This document shows positions 36,703 to 48,102 of a DNA stretch of 64,000 bases, piece by piece. Origin of the DNA: Takakia lepidozioides (lineage: Eukaryota > Plantae > Bryophyta); the NCBI GenBank assembly GCA_030704615.1, contig CM060733.1, positions 72,540,001-72,604,000 of the forward strand, written 5' to 3'. A model generated the notes under the pieces. That model worked only from the letters and a program-made list of their open reading frames with translations. It ran no database searches and was not told the DNA's origin. Every line of letters starts with the position of its first letter. Position 1 is the first letter of the stretch. The translations under genes were made by a program, and so were the position numbers.

Positions 36703-37204
36703 GTCAAACAAACAGGAAAACATGAGACACTGCACGCCAAAACAAAGGTGTCAAAGGAATATTGCGTATGGAGTGCTTCACATCCGCGAAGCACGAATCT
36801 CTCACTGGTGGGCGATCCGAGTCTCCGGATAACGACGTCTGCATTTCATGCATGAGACGGAGCTTAAGTCGTGTCGTCGGCGGCTTCCCAAAATCCCGCG
36901 TCCTCCTCTTTGCCGGAGTCGCCTGACCTTCCACAAACTCTATGCTACCACTATGCCGCATAAGGAGAGGAAACGCAGGAGAACGTCACTGCAGAAGGGC
37001 AAGGAGCGAGAGAGCGAAGCGGTGGAACATGCAACCACTATGCACGAGCAGATGCGTAAGCAGCCACGTCTCCCGAAGCGTTGCCACCGTCCACCACTTT
37101 CTGCCGTATGGGTGATGAAGAGATTGTGACCCCTGACACGTTCGCACGGATGAAGTCGACTGGAACACGACGCGTGCCAGTTCCAGCCACCAGTGTATGA
37201 CGGT

Positions 37205-39150
37205 TTATCCGAATTGCGGCACCGAAATACGTTCCGTTCACCGGATGCGGTTCCCGGAGCAGCCGGCATTGAATGAAATATCCGCACATCATGAAACCCA
37301 ACCGCCATGAAAATCGCCTGCATATGACATTCAACAGTCAGGTCGGTACGTTTCATCAGCGGACGGATGAATTTCGGCGCCGAAATTCATCCTATTCAAG
37401 TGCTTTCATACACAAACTTACAAATTTCGGCGCCGCAATTCATCGCTTTCCAAGTCCTCATTCGTCATGAGCAAACCTGTCGGTGGGATATCGGAGCCGG
37501 AATTAATTCCGGGACAACGGAAACGGCTGCACTTCGGCACATTTCATCCATATTTCGGCGCCGAAATTCATTACGAATATGTCCGTCCACGCGTAGACGA
37601 GGTGAAATCATCCATATTTCGGCGCCGAAATTCATCGCTTCGCAAGTCCTCATTCGTCATGAGCAAACCTGTCGGTGGGATATCGGAGCCGGAATCAATT
37701 CCGGGACAACGGAAACGGCTGCACTTCGGCACATTCCATCCATATTTCGGCGCCGCAATTCATTACGAATATGAGCGTCCGCGCGTAGACGAGGTGAAAT
37801 CATCCATATTTCGGCGCCGAAATTCATCCAGAGCGAAGATTAAATCTGCACGATGCTATGCTTTGCCGCCATCATTGCCCCTGACGGATGCTGTCCATGA
37901 CTGTTGGACTTGCCATTTCTGGACATTTAACTATAATTTCGGCGCCGAAATTATACTTTATGTGCGGCAACGTCCCGTGCGAAAAAGACCACTTCATGGA
38001 TACTGTCGGTTTCAAACGAAAAAAAAACGGCTAAAATGCAATTAATTTTGACAGAAGTGGTTTAATATGCCGATTTCTCCATTAAATGCAGAATATTCCT
38101 GTTATATTCGTCGGAACGGGGTATTTCCAACGATTTACGGAAAATTATCATCCAAAACCAAAAAGTAAGTGCCGGGTTTGGACGAATTTCGGCGCCGAAA
38201 TTCATCCGTCGCATAGAAAATGTAATATTAGAGTTACTCATTGCGGACAGTAAGGATGAATTTCGGCGCCGAAATTGATCCATTTCAAAGAAAAATAAAT
38301 ATTGGAGGGAAGGCATTGGATGAATTTCGGCGCCGAAATCCGCCGCTAAAACCCTGAAAAGAATTTGGAGGGATGAAGTCGTCTGAATTTCGGCGCCGAA
38401 ATTCATTGCTCGCGAAGGAAAAAAAAATTTCTGGAGGACTTCGGATGAATTTCGGCGCCGAAATTCATTGCTCGCGAAGGAAAATAAAAAATATCTCCTG
38501 GACTTGGAATGAATTTCGGCGCCGAAATTCAATGCTCGCGAAGGAAAAAAAAAAATCGGAGGATTTTGGTTGATTTCGGCGCCGAAATTCATTGCTCTCG
38601 AAGAAAAAGGGAAATTAAAAGGGAGTACTTGGATGAGATTCGGCGCCAAAGTTCATCTGTCGCAAAGAAAAATAAAAACAGAAAGGACTTCCGATGAATT
38701 CTGGCACCGAAATCCATACGCAGGGCAGCAGAATTAGGGTCGGAAAAGGAGATGAAGAATGAATTTCGGCGCCGAAATACATCCATTCTGCCGAATCAGG
38801 ATTACTGTCATTCGGAAGTCGGCACCGATATCCGGACACGTGGTCAATCACGACTGTAATCAGGAACACATTTATCCGTATTTTGGCATCTAAATTCAAC
38901 CCATATGTGCAGATACAATTTAATGAAGAAGAAGTTCATCCGAATTTCGGCACCGAAATCCATCCGTTGGGTGCTTGGTCAGTTTTATGAGGTAAACAAA
39001 TTACGATTTCTGTTGCCAGAATTCATCCCTTGGCTTCCAAAGCTGTTACATGACAGAGATGTTCATCCAGATTTCGGTGCCGAAATTCATGGGAAGGCCT
39101 GATTTATTGTACCCCAAGTGGTTGTACATTACAATTCAGGCACCAAATAT
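37205..39150. repeat. Array of >20 palindromes, consensus AATTTCGGCGCCGAAATT, ~63-64 bp period
   Basis: Core starts at 37376, 37429, 37493, 37557, 37621, 37685, 37749, 37813, 37941, 38191, 38265, 38329, 38392, 38454, 38518, 38578, 38642, 38703, 38768, 38821, 38885, 38949, 39012, 39076, 39139. Confidence 0.95.
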
Positions 39151-39338
39151 CCGATGTGAACTTGCTGTTTTCGTCCGTTTTTTTAACGTACGTTACACAC
39201 CTTCATCTTTACGTGCACTGATCACCCATCATGTTGGATACGGAATCCTCCAGAAAATCATTTGTGTTATTAGGTAGGACACACTCTTCTCATTGCAGGA
39301 CTTCGCTGCGGAGCGTACCGAGAGGTCCCGTCTTCAAA

Positions 39339-42300
39339 ATGGACTCCCGTGTTTGGGTCAACGTGTACTTCCATCCTGATTCTCTGAAAGCTAAAATACC
39401 CTGCGACCAAGGATTTGCGATTGTCACTGAGCAGTACTTGTGTGTGAAGTTCGGGCTCCGCCCTGGAACGGTGTTTTTGGAAGAGGAGACGAAGGATGCT
39501 TATGGAAATTTTCTGGAAAGTGCCGTCATTCTGCATGCAGATTTCGGAAAAGGCAAAGAGTGGCGGCTCCCAGCTTCTGAATCCATCCGGTACAGTGCCA
39601 TTGGTGAAATCGTGCCTAAAGAGTTCCCACGCTGGAACTTGGTTGATCCTCCTTCCACAAGAGGGTCTGGGGTGCAAGATGTGAAGGATGTGGGCACCTC
39701 TTCACAAGCAGAGAAGCCCAAACATGTGAAAAGGGAAATCCAGGAAAACAGGGAAACAGTCGTCCAGGACTTATCCAGTGACGATGAAGACTGTATGGTC
39801 CTTCCATCGTATGTTTCGAAGTCGTCCGTCACTAGGAGTGTTCAGCATACACCGTCCGACTCAACTTCCGTCCGCTCAGTAATCGACATATTGCGGAGGA
39901 TGAAGACAACGGGTTCCCGCTCCAGTGACCTTCTTAGGCTTGATTACGACAAAACTCCAATCCATTCTGTGGAAACTTTGCCTGATGTTGTGGATGGGAA
40001 TGCTATCTACGAGTTCCCTCCAGTGCCGGCAGGCGCAGGCCCAGACGGCATGCTCGCAGGAATGAACAGGAAACATGACGGCCACCCTTGGTGTGTCACC
40101 AAAACTTCATCGTCCAACCTGGGTGATGGAGTTCGAGTGAGATATGTATTGTGTGCTGGGCATCTTAAATGTTTCTCGAGCACATGTTACCATTACACTA
40201 GCAAAGGCACCAGGAATGAGACTGACTGGATTGGCAATTCGTCGACCCCATTTTGGCCTCAAGGTAGAGTTCCTGCAGGGACGTTCAAGTGTGCCCATTG
40301 CAACGCAGCCCCTACGTGCATGGCAGTGTGCAACGCCAAGCAGTACTACGTCGGGACCGTCGGCCCAGCGTGCACCAGAGCATGCATTCACATCGGAAAG
40401 CATGAGCACCCCCTCGCCAGAGGCAATTGCAGAGTCGCTTTTCAACAAGCCCAGGATATTATCAAGGAGGAGGTGAGGTTGAGGCCGGGTGCAAAACCAA
40501 AGCAGATACAGCTCGCATCGGCACATAGGATTGCAATTGGCAGAATAATGTCGGAGGACGGAAGCACAAGAGAGAAGCTGGGCGAGGGGGACATGAAGGA
40601 CCTGCTGGAAGCTGTCTCCCATGTGTGCAGCCCCAATGTCAGGAACCACATTGTCAGCTGCAAGAAACGAATCGGAAGAGGATCAGACATGCACTCCATC
40701 TTGGAAGTGAAACGCACATGCGGCTACGACTTCATCCAAGGCAGCTTCTTTCCTGGTCAAGGCTCGGAGATGGACAGGTGCTTCATATTTAAGATGTCAA
40801 CGTGCGGACCGGGGAGCGGCGTCGATTTGGTGAAGCGGATGACCAGTGGAGACCTCTCAAATTGTTGGGTCATGTTTGACCACATCCGGCGAATTACCAA
40901 CCACGATTGGGTGACAATGGGGGCACATGTATACGACCCACATTGCAGAAAGTTGATGACCATTGCTATCTGCGAAATGAAGGGAGAAGACACAGATTCG
41001 GAGTTGCATATGTGGCGCGGCATTAATGAGCAAATGGCGAGAGCCAAGTTGCCCCCTCCCGATTTTAGGGGCTTCATGGCTGACAATGCCCAGGCAAACT
41101 GGGCTGCAGTTAGGAGGGTATATGGGGACGACCCAAAGACTCCAATGGAAGGAAAGGAGAGATCTTGCGGGTTCCACTTCATGCAGAGTTTGACGCAAAA
41201 CACGAAAAGGTTCGTGGCGTCACGCCACCGGCAGGATCATATCAGTATGTGCCTAGCGTGGAAAAATGCGAATTCCATCGACGAGGCGGAGACCGAGTTT
41301 GCAACCATACGCGCCTGGTGGGTGTCTTCAGGGGCAGTGGATGTGAAAGATCAGCCAGAACTGCAAACGTGGCTTGCGTGGTGGCATTATAGATTCCGCC
41401 AGTTTGGAGACTACATGAGACAGGTAACACATTTCTGTACTTGACAATTGTTCTGTTTTGTGCTTGGACATTCTCCACAATCAGTGACATATCTAATTTC
41501 CTTCAACAGGACATGAGCTTGGAGGATGACACGGATATGCCGACGACGAACATGGCCGAATCGGTGCACTCTTCCTGGCGTGCTTCCTCTGCAGCACATC
41601 TCGTTGACATGTTGACAGCAACAACAGAAGATATTGTGAGGGCCATCATGCAACAATCTCATTACTACCAGTTTCTGGGAGGAAAGCAATGGGGTATCGG
41701 ACCAGACAGGCAGGAGATGCTGATGAGGGCGGCGCATCGTTCGACCGATCCCAAAAAATGGACTGCTGCATTGCGGGAAACTATAAGGTCAACGCCGTTA
41801 CACAGTCGGGGGAACTGCCTGGAGGGCGATGTCCGCAGCCGGCCGGTGAAGAGAAGAATTGAGGACATGCCCGGAGGGGATGGGGATTCATGGAGATCAG
41901 ATATGAACATCCGCACTCAACCTCGGGGCGCAACGATGTTGCGTCCCACGCCTCCACGAAGCAGGACTCGTACCCCCTCTCCTGCAGCATCCATGGAATC
42001 GCTGCCAGACTCGGGACAACATGCCGAGGATGGGCATTCTGCTCCTGTTTTCGTTACCCAATACAACATTCCAATCGTGGAGCGAGATGTGTCGGCCTCG
42101 CAGTGGAGAATTGCACGGACCCGTCCGACATTTCGTGGCAAATGTTGTGCTGTTCGTGTCGACACCAACCAGAGATGCAATGAGATGATTCGGAGGAGCC
42201 CGCAGGGCGGTGTGCCTGCCCCTTGCTTCACAGGGAGATTTGTGTGCGCAAAGTTTGTGGAGGCCACACTGAAGGAGTTTTGGTTCTGCAGGCACGACAT

Positions 42301-42937
42301 CATGTCGTGTGTGTTCGGCAAGCCCAAGTATGGTGTACAAGGCATGCCTGAACCACCGGCAGTCTGGCCTGTGGCAAGTGGTACAGATCTTACCCTGGAG
42401 GAGGCAGACGCTCTAGGAAGTGCAGGGTTTCGACTGGTGGAGAGGACAGACGTTCCACGAAATCCAATTCCCAATCGTCATCCTCCTCCCACGAGAAGCT
42501 CTTCGCCCCGCATACCGGTGGGTGACCCCGCAGCTTGGCCCACCCATCGGTGGGGTAAACTGAAAAGACGGCGGCCACCAACAAAGGCGAACGACACCAG
42601 GATGGCCAACGCTCTTGCAATGCCCTGCATAGTGCAAGGTTGCAGGGATGTTCCTCACCCCGGGATGGGGCGCATATTTCAGTTGTCAACAGCCGGGTCT
42701 GCTGCGCGCAGTGTCGTGTATGCAATCACGGTTTCACAGTACCCAGCTTGCAACTGTGAGGACTTCCTTGTTATGGAATCGAGGAATGCAGCATACGTCC
42801 CCTGCAAACACCTTTATTACATTTTTATGAAGCGCATGAGTTGCATATCCGCAGTGGACGTCTTCATCCATGCTCCAACACTGAGTTTCAACGAGCTGCA
42901 CAAGGCCCTACGGCAGGATACTGGTCGGACTGCTTGA
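39339..42937 (+). CDS. MULE transposase, two exons (intron 41424-41509)
   Basis: D (VMFDH), D (FMADNA), CxxH (CGFH), E (TTNMAESVH); N-terminal Cys/His zinc-finger region; C-terminal SWIM (CNCEDF...PCKH); GT-AG intron joins in frame. Confidence 0.9.
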
Positions 42938-43393
42938 CATTCCACATTCGGGAAGGAGTTAGTGGCAATTATATTACATTCATCTTCTTGCACCCTATTT
43001 TTTTGTGAGGAATTATACACTTGGTGGTGCCGCATCGCCATGGCTACATGTGAATTTCGTCCACCTTTATGAGAAGACTCCAATTTGCTACAAATACATT
43101 GTTACTGTTCTGCAAATGTGATGCCTTTACAAGATTGCTAGTTCTGTGTCCCAGTGGGAAGGGTCCTACTGCACATTCCAGCATTTGCATACTGCACCTT
43201 GTGCAAACAGCAATCCATACGACAAAGGACACGTCCCAGCATACTGGCAGTGAATTGCAAATAACATTAACAGAAGATTATCGAAGCCTGTATATTCCCC
43301 ATATGGCACAGGGAAGCTGCTTGATTTCTGAATGAAAATGTATGTGCCATGAGTGTCAGCAAGTTGAAACATGTCTACTCTAGCATGCAAGAC

Positions 43394-43944
43394 CTATGGT
43401 CCCCTCGCCCAAGAAGAAGGAACTCGAACTGGCCTCTCAAGGACCTCCTGAGTGACCGGGTGCCTATATTTGAACAAAATGTCAGTGGTTTCTGTCGCCC
43501 GGTTGAAACTAACGAGGATGTCGTGTTTATCGATAGCGCCCCCTTGGTAGAAGGACATTTTCACAGTGGGCCCTGTGTTCCCCTCCTCCTCATCCTCATA
43601 ACTGAAGAGAATGTCCCCACTTTCCGAGCCAGTCCGTCCACGCGTAAAGTTTTCACCTATGCACTCATCATACGTCCACTCGCAACAATTCCAGCGATAC
43701 AGCAACGCTGTGCGTGATCTGTTCGGCTCCCACACATGCGGAAAGTCCAGGTCCATGATGCGTAGGAACCACCTGCTCCCCAGCCGGGGTCCAGGAGAGT
43801 CGTGCAATCCTGGAAGAAACTCCATTGCTCTCAGCTGGACAAGTCGAGGATCTCCCTGTAAACATCCAGGAAGACAATGATGTCGTCTGCTTTCGGGAAA
43901 ATGACTCCCGTCTGGCGTCGATAGATGTGATTCGGGCACGACAT
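43394..43944 (-). pseudogene. MULE small-ORF family paralog B, one frameshift near 43855
   Basis: MSCPNHIYRRQTGVIFPKADDIIVFLDVY in one frame continues as ..QLRAMEF..RWNCCEWT.. in another; aligns to 275-910. Confidence 0.7.
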
Positions 43945-44059
43945 GGCCTCACGACACAACACGAACTCAAAGCAGGGAGGACATGGGCACAACAGAGAAG
44001 AGTGAAGAGCAAAATGAGAGCAAGGCCTCCCTCACCGTAAGGCGGGTATTTGCTCTCCG

Positions 44060-44535
44060 ACGCCCAATTTCGGCGCCGTTATTACATGGAGTGCGGAAGC
44101 TTCAGCCGAGAATTTTGTTTCCGCAGGTCAATTTCGGCGCCGTTATTGGTTGCAATCCCCAGCCTTCAGCCGGGTATTTGGTTTCCGGACCCAATTTCGG
44201 CGCCGTTATCGGCTGCTCTCCGGTGGCTTCAGCCGAGTATTTGGTTTCCGGGGCCCATTTCGGCGCCGTTATCGCCTGCATTCCGGAGGATGCAGCCGGG
44301 TATTTGGTTGGCAGAGCCCAATTACTTTCACCGTTGTTGGCTTCACTCCCGAGCCTTCAGCGCGCTATTTCTTTTCCTGTTCCCAATTACGGCCTCGTTA
44401 TAACCAACCATCCTGCACTTCTGCAATAGTACTATCCACGGTTATAGGTCGCCATTGCGTTTTCGGAGTCTGCAAACCCGGATCCTAATTCCGCTTGCGT
44501 CTCTGCCTCTGGGATAATTTCGGTGCCGTTATTGC
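44060..44535. repeat. 63-64 bp tandem units with AATTTCGGCGCCGTTAT variant
   Basis: Cores at 44072, 44136, 44199, 44262, degenerate beyond. Confidence 0.85.
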
Positions 44536-44793
44536 CCAGAATTCTGTTATTCTATGACCTGGCCTGGCGGTCCATGAGCCTGGGCTCCAAGTCATGAGCG
44601 TACACTGGTACTCATGAGCGGAGTACTTCCAGCATGAGCGCGGAAATCTTCGATTTTTGATTATTTTATAGTTTTTGGCCCGAAAAAAATCTGCCGAAAT
44701 TCGAAGTGTGTTACTTTGCGGCTCATGGGTTAGCCATGCCCGCTCATGAGCTCATGAGCTCACCGCTCATGAGCTCATGGAATAGCAACCCCC

Positions 44794-46361
44794 TTTCTCC
44801 TTCATGTGGCATTCTGTGGTGGTATGGCCTTCATTCTGGCACTTTGCACACCAAACACCCTTCCTCCAATGTGTTACAGCCTCTGTGGCATACTTCTTCA
44901 AGATTTCTTCCAATCTTTTTTCATAGTTATCCCTCTTCAACTTCTCCTTTCTCTTACTCTTCCTTTTTAGTTCTTGCTCTTCTTCTTCATCTGACTCATC
45001 CTCAGAGTCCTCATCATCCCTTTTCTCTCTCCTGAGCATTCCCAATTGCTCAATTCTGTTTGCAGTTTCAAATGCCTCATCCACTGTATTATGGGGTAAA
45101 ATATCCACTTTCTTTTGCAACTCTGGTCTTAGTCCACTCACAAACCAAGTCTTCTGTAAACCGGGTGCTGGTACTGCAGCCAGCTTTTTCATCATCAATT
45201 CCATCTTTTCCATATACTCCTCAACAGTTTCATGCTTCTTTTGCTTTAACTGTTGTAAACTTCCATACACTTCATCCTCAGTTTTACTTGTCCTGAACCT
45301 ATTTCAAAATGCTGTATTCAAGCCATTCCAGGTTAGGAAATGATTATCAGGGAATCTTGCATACCATTCACTTGCTTTCTTGATAAGTGAACAAGGAAAC
45401 AATCTCATCTTGGCATCATCGCCATTCTCATTGTTCACTATACACATGTGCTCAAATTGGCTAATGTGTACATCGGGATCCCCTTTTCCTGAATATATTG
45501 GAAAGGGTGGTTTTGCCCGTGTTGGTTGTAACGCCATCTGTGGCCCTACCTTCTGCCCACTGACAGGTGCTGGCACCCTTGCTGGTGTTGGTCCTTCTGG
45601 ACCTGTTGTTTTTGTGGTGGATCTTCCACCAAGTGGTGGCCCTTGAGCACTCCCTGCTACTGGCCCCACGATATTCACAGTATTCCCAGCTTCAGTTGCA
45701 CTACTTCCCACACTCCCTGTCCCCCAGAGCCAGATCCAGGCCGCCCGCCTGATCCCCCTGAGCCGACACCTTCGTTGGCCTGTGATCCAAGTGCTCCACT
45801 TGATCCAGGTCCAACGGGTTGGGATGTCCTGGTTGTAGTCTCAACCTCAGCTGTTGGGTCTACTTCTTCATACTCTTCCAATTTCTTCTCCCTGTTTTCA
45901 TCCTCCAAGTTCTGTCCTTGGGTTTCTTCTTCACTCATGTAACTCAACTGCAATGGTGTTGGAGAGTCTGAACTCTCCGTTGGCTCTGCCACATTCTCTC
46001 CTCCTTCTTCACCTTCCGCTTCAGAAACTGGAGTTCTTGCTTTTGGTGTTCCATGCCAACTCTTATCAAAGATTTCTGTCAAATCTTTTATCCAGGGATG
46101 TACCTCAGATCTTTCACCTCGTGATTGATCTTCTTCTCGCACCAATTCCCTTAATCTTTCTTGCAAAGAAACAGAATGAGTGGTATCCAACTCTAGTTCT
46201 TCCGGTATGGGTGATGTACTCTTTGATCTTAATGGTGTGAGAGGTCCAGATGATTCCCCTATGTCTATTCCTCTCTCCCAAAGATATGGATAATTAGCTT
46301 TCAGATAGCTTTCTCTTTTTACTGAATATCTCTGGCGTCTATCTTCTCTTTCATCACTCAT
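44794..46361 (-). pseudogene. Gypsy-A gag N-terminal part
   Basis: Matches 8830-10406; stop at 45304. Confidence 0.88.
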
Positions 46362-46383
46362 GTCCCATGTCTTTCATTTCTTC

Positions 46384-47079
46384 TTAATGTGGCAATAACC
46401 AAAACTCTCTTCTGTAATATCTCTCGTATATGCTTGGGTTTCTTTCAAGCTTCAATGCACCCTTGGTTATACTTGAAGTCTTCGTTACCATATAACCATA
46501 TGGCAAACAAGTCTGAAAAGCTGTTCTTGGTGTGAGTTTGATCCACAAAATATCCTTTGGAATCCAATTCTTTACCAATACAAGCTCTTCATGCATATGA
46601 GTATAAACATTCACCTTTCTTTCTTCCCAGCCTTCAAACTCTACTCGCTTAATGGATAGCAATGCTATCACATAAACCAACGTTGGTAACCAACGTGCTC
46701 TTCCTCTACAGGCTACCTGATAAATCTTTATCACTCCTTTCTCCAGACCCCATTCCGGATCAGCATCATGCACTCGCTTAAGAATATTTTCTTTACAACC
46801 GTATGGCAATTCCAAGAACCTTTGAAAGAATTGTTTGGACAATCTTTCTTCCTTCGTTCCACAGGGAATTTGATTCACTTCAAATTCTTTAATGGTCCAA
46901 CCACCATGATCCCACCAGATGCCTGTCACATCTGGTTGTTCATGACTCAGTTCCCCAGTATGGTCGCCAAATGTCGCGCGGCTTTTACTCACCCATCCCT
47001 TCGCTATCCGAGGCGGAAACTCCAAGATAGAAGAGTTGGAAATCTCTAAGTACTCAGCCCGCTCAGAACAATTAGTCAT
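46384..47079 (-). CDS. Gypsy-A 5' extra ORF (231 aa), second copy
   Basis: Near-identical to 10428-11123. Confidence 0.5.
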   Translation of the reverse strand: MTNCSERAEYLEISNSSILEFPPRIAKGWVSKSRATFGDHTGELSHEQPDVTGIWWDHGGWTIKEFEVNQIPCGTKEERLSKQFFQRFLELPYGCKENILKRVHDADPEWGLEKGVIKIYQVACRGRARWLPTLVYVIALLSIKRVEFEGWEERKVNVYTHMHEELVLVKNWIPKDILWIKLTPRTAFQTCLPYGYMVTKTSSITKGALKLERNPSIYERYYRREFWLLPH

Positions 47080-47971
47080 GACCTACAGCTAGTGTATCAT
47101 GGGGGTGTTTCCTATTTGTTTCCCTTTCCGCATTCATGTTAGCTACCTTACCATTGATAATTAAGTATCAGTTTGCTTCATCAATCTATTGGATTCCATC
47201 AACTCATCCATTCATTCCACAGCTTCACTCAGATATCTCTACACAGTGTGATTGTATCGTATAAGTATCAGATTATGATTTATCAGGTATCAGGCCGAAG
47301 CCATTGTGTCTCTAATTTGCTCTACAATATCACTACAACTTTGCATATAACAAGCATCTACTAATCATCTCTCCTCCTTCACCGTGCTCTCCATCTTTGC
47401 TTCCGTTCTTGCTCTCCGCCCGATCCCCTCTCATGCATGACCAAGAAGTCTCCCCGTGAAGTGCCCCCCTTCAGTCCTTGCTCCTCGTTTTATCTTCCTA
47501 TCCGTTGTTCTTAACCGCTTCCCTCACTAACCGTCGTCCGTGAACTAACATGTTCCCTTCGCAGGTGTTGTTCCCCACAGTCGTTCCCTGTCCTGCTATC
47601 CTTTCCCTATGGTCGTGACAGCTGTGTCAAGCTGTGACTGGCTGTGTGAAACTGTGACGGGTTGTGACCGGCTGTGTCGGGCTGTGACTGGCTGTGCAAC
47701 TGTGTTTGGCTGTGTCGGGCTGTTACTGGCTGTGTGGCCGTGTCGGTTGTGACGGGCTGTGTTGGCTGTGATGGGCTGTGTCGGGCTGTGTGAAGCTGTG
47801 ATGGGCTGTGTTGGCTGTGACTGGCTGTGTTGGCTGTGATGGGCTGTGTAACCCCCTTCTAAAGTGCGCTGCTGTCACCCCTAAGGCTCCTGTTGGTCTC
47901 AATCTGTGCAAAAATTAAGGGTACCCTACAGATCCCGTATAAGTGTCTAAGTCCCAGACAGTCCTCTAACA
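46972..47971 (-). repeat. Gypsy-A 5' LTR
   Basis: TG...CA ends, PBS adjacent. Confidence 0.92.
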
Positions 47972-48102
47972 GATGTGAGTGCTGGGTAATTGGGGCACGG
48001 TCCACTGCGTATTTCGGTGCCGAAATACCTTGTGCATTGAGAACTTCCTCTTGCATGATGCATCAGTAGAATGATTTTTGTTGAACTGCCTCGTGATTGC
48101 AG

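Larger units (their letters stand above)
31104..44793 (+). mobile_element. Complete Mutator-like (MULE) DNA transposon, 13.7 kb
   Basis: 9-bp TSD TTTCTCCTT (31095-31103, 44794-44802; empty site seen at ~8834 in another Gypsy-A copy); imperfect TIRs GAGGTTTACTATTTCATGAGC / GGGGGTTGCTATTCCATGAGC (17/21); MULE transposase. Confidence 0.93.
27548..47971 (-). mobile_element. Gypsy-A copy (5' LTR to start of integrase) interrupted in gag by the MULE
   Basis: pol/gag 27548-31103 and gag 44794-46361 are colinear with 6119-10406; PBS 46952-46969; LTR 46972-47971. Confidence 0.92.

Noticed and set aside
37367-38899. ORFs with repeated NFGAEI / FRRRNS peptides
   Set aside because: Translation artefacts of the palindrome, appearing on both strands
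37370-39150. CRISPR array (palindromic repeats with ~40-bp variable spacers)
   Set aside because: No cas genes, eukaryotic MULE context, repeats degenerate and dispersed into introns, several spacers related to each other or A-tract low complexity
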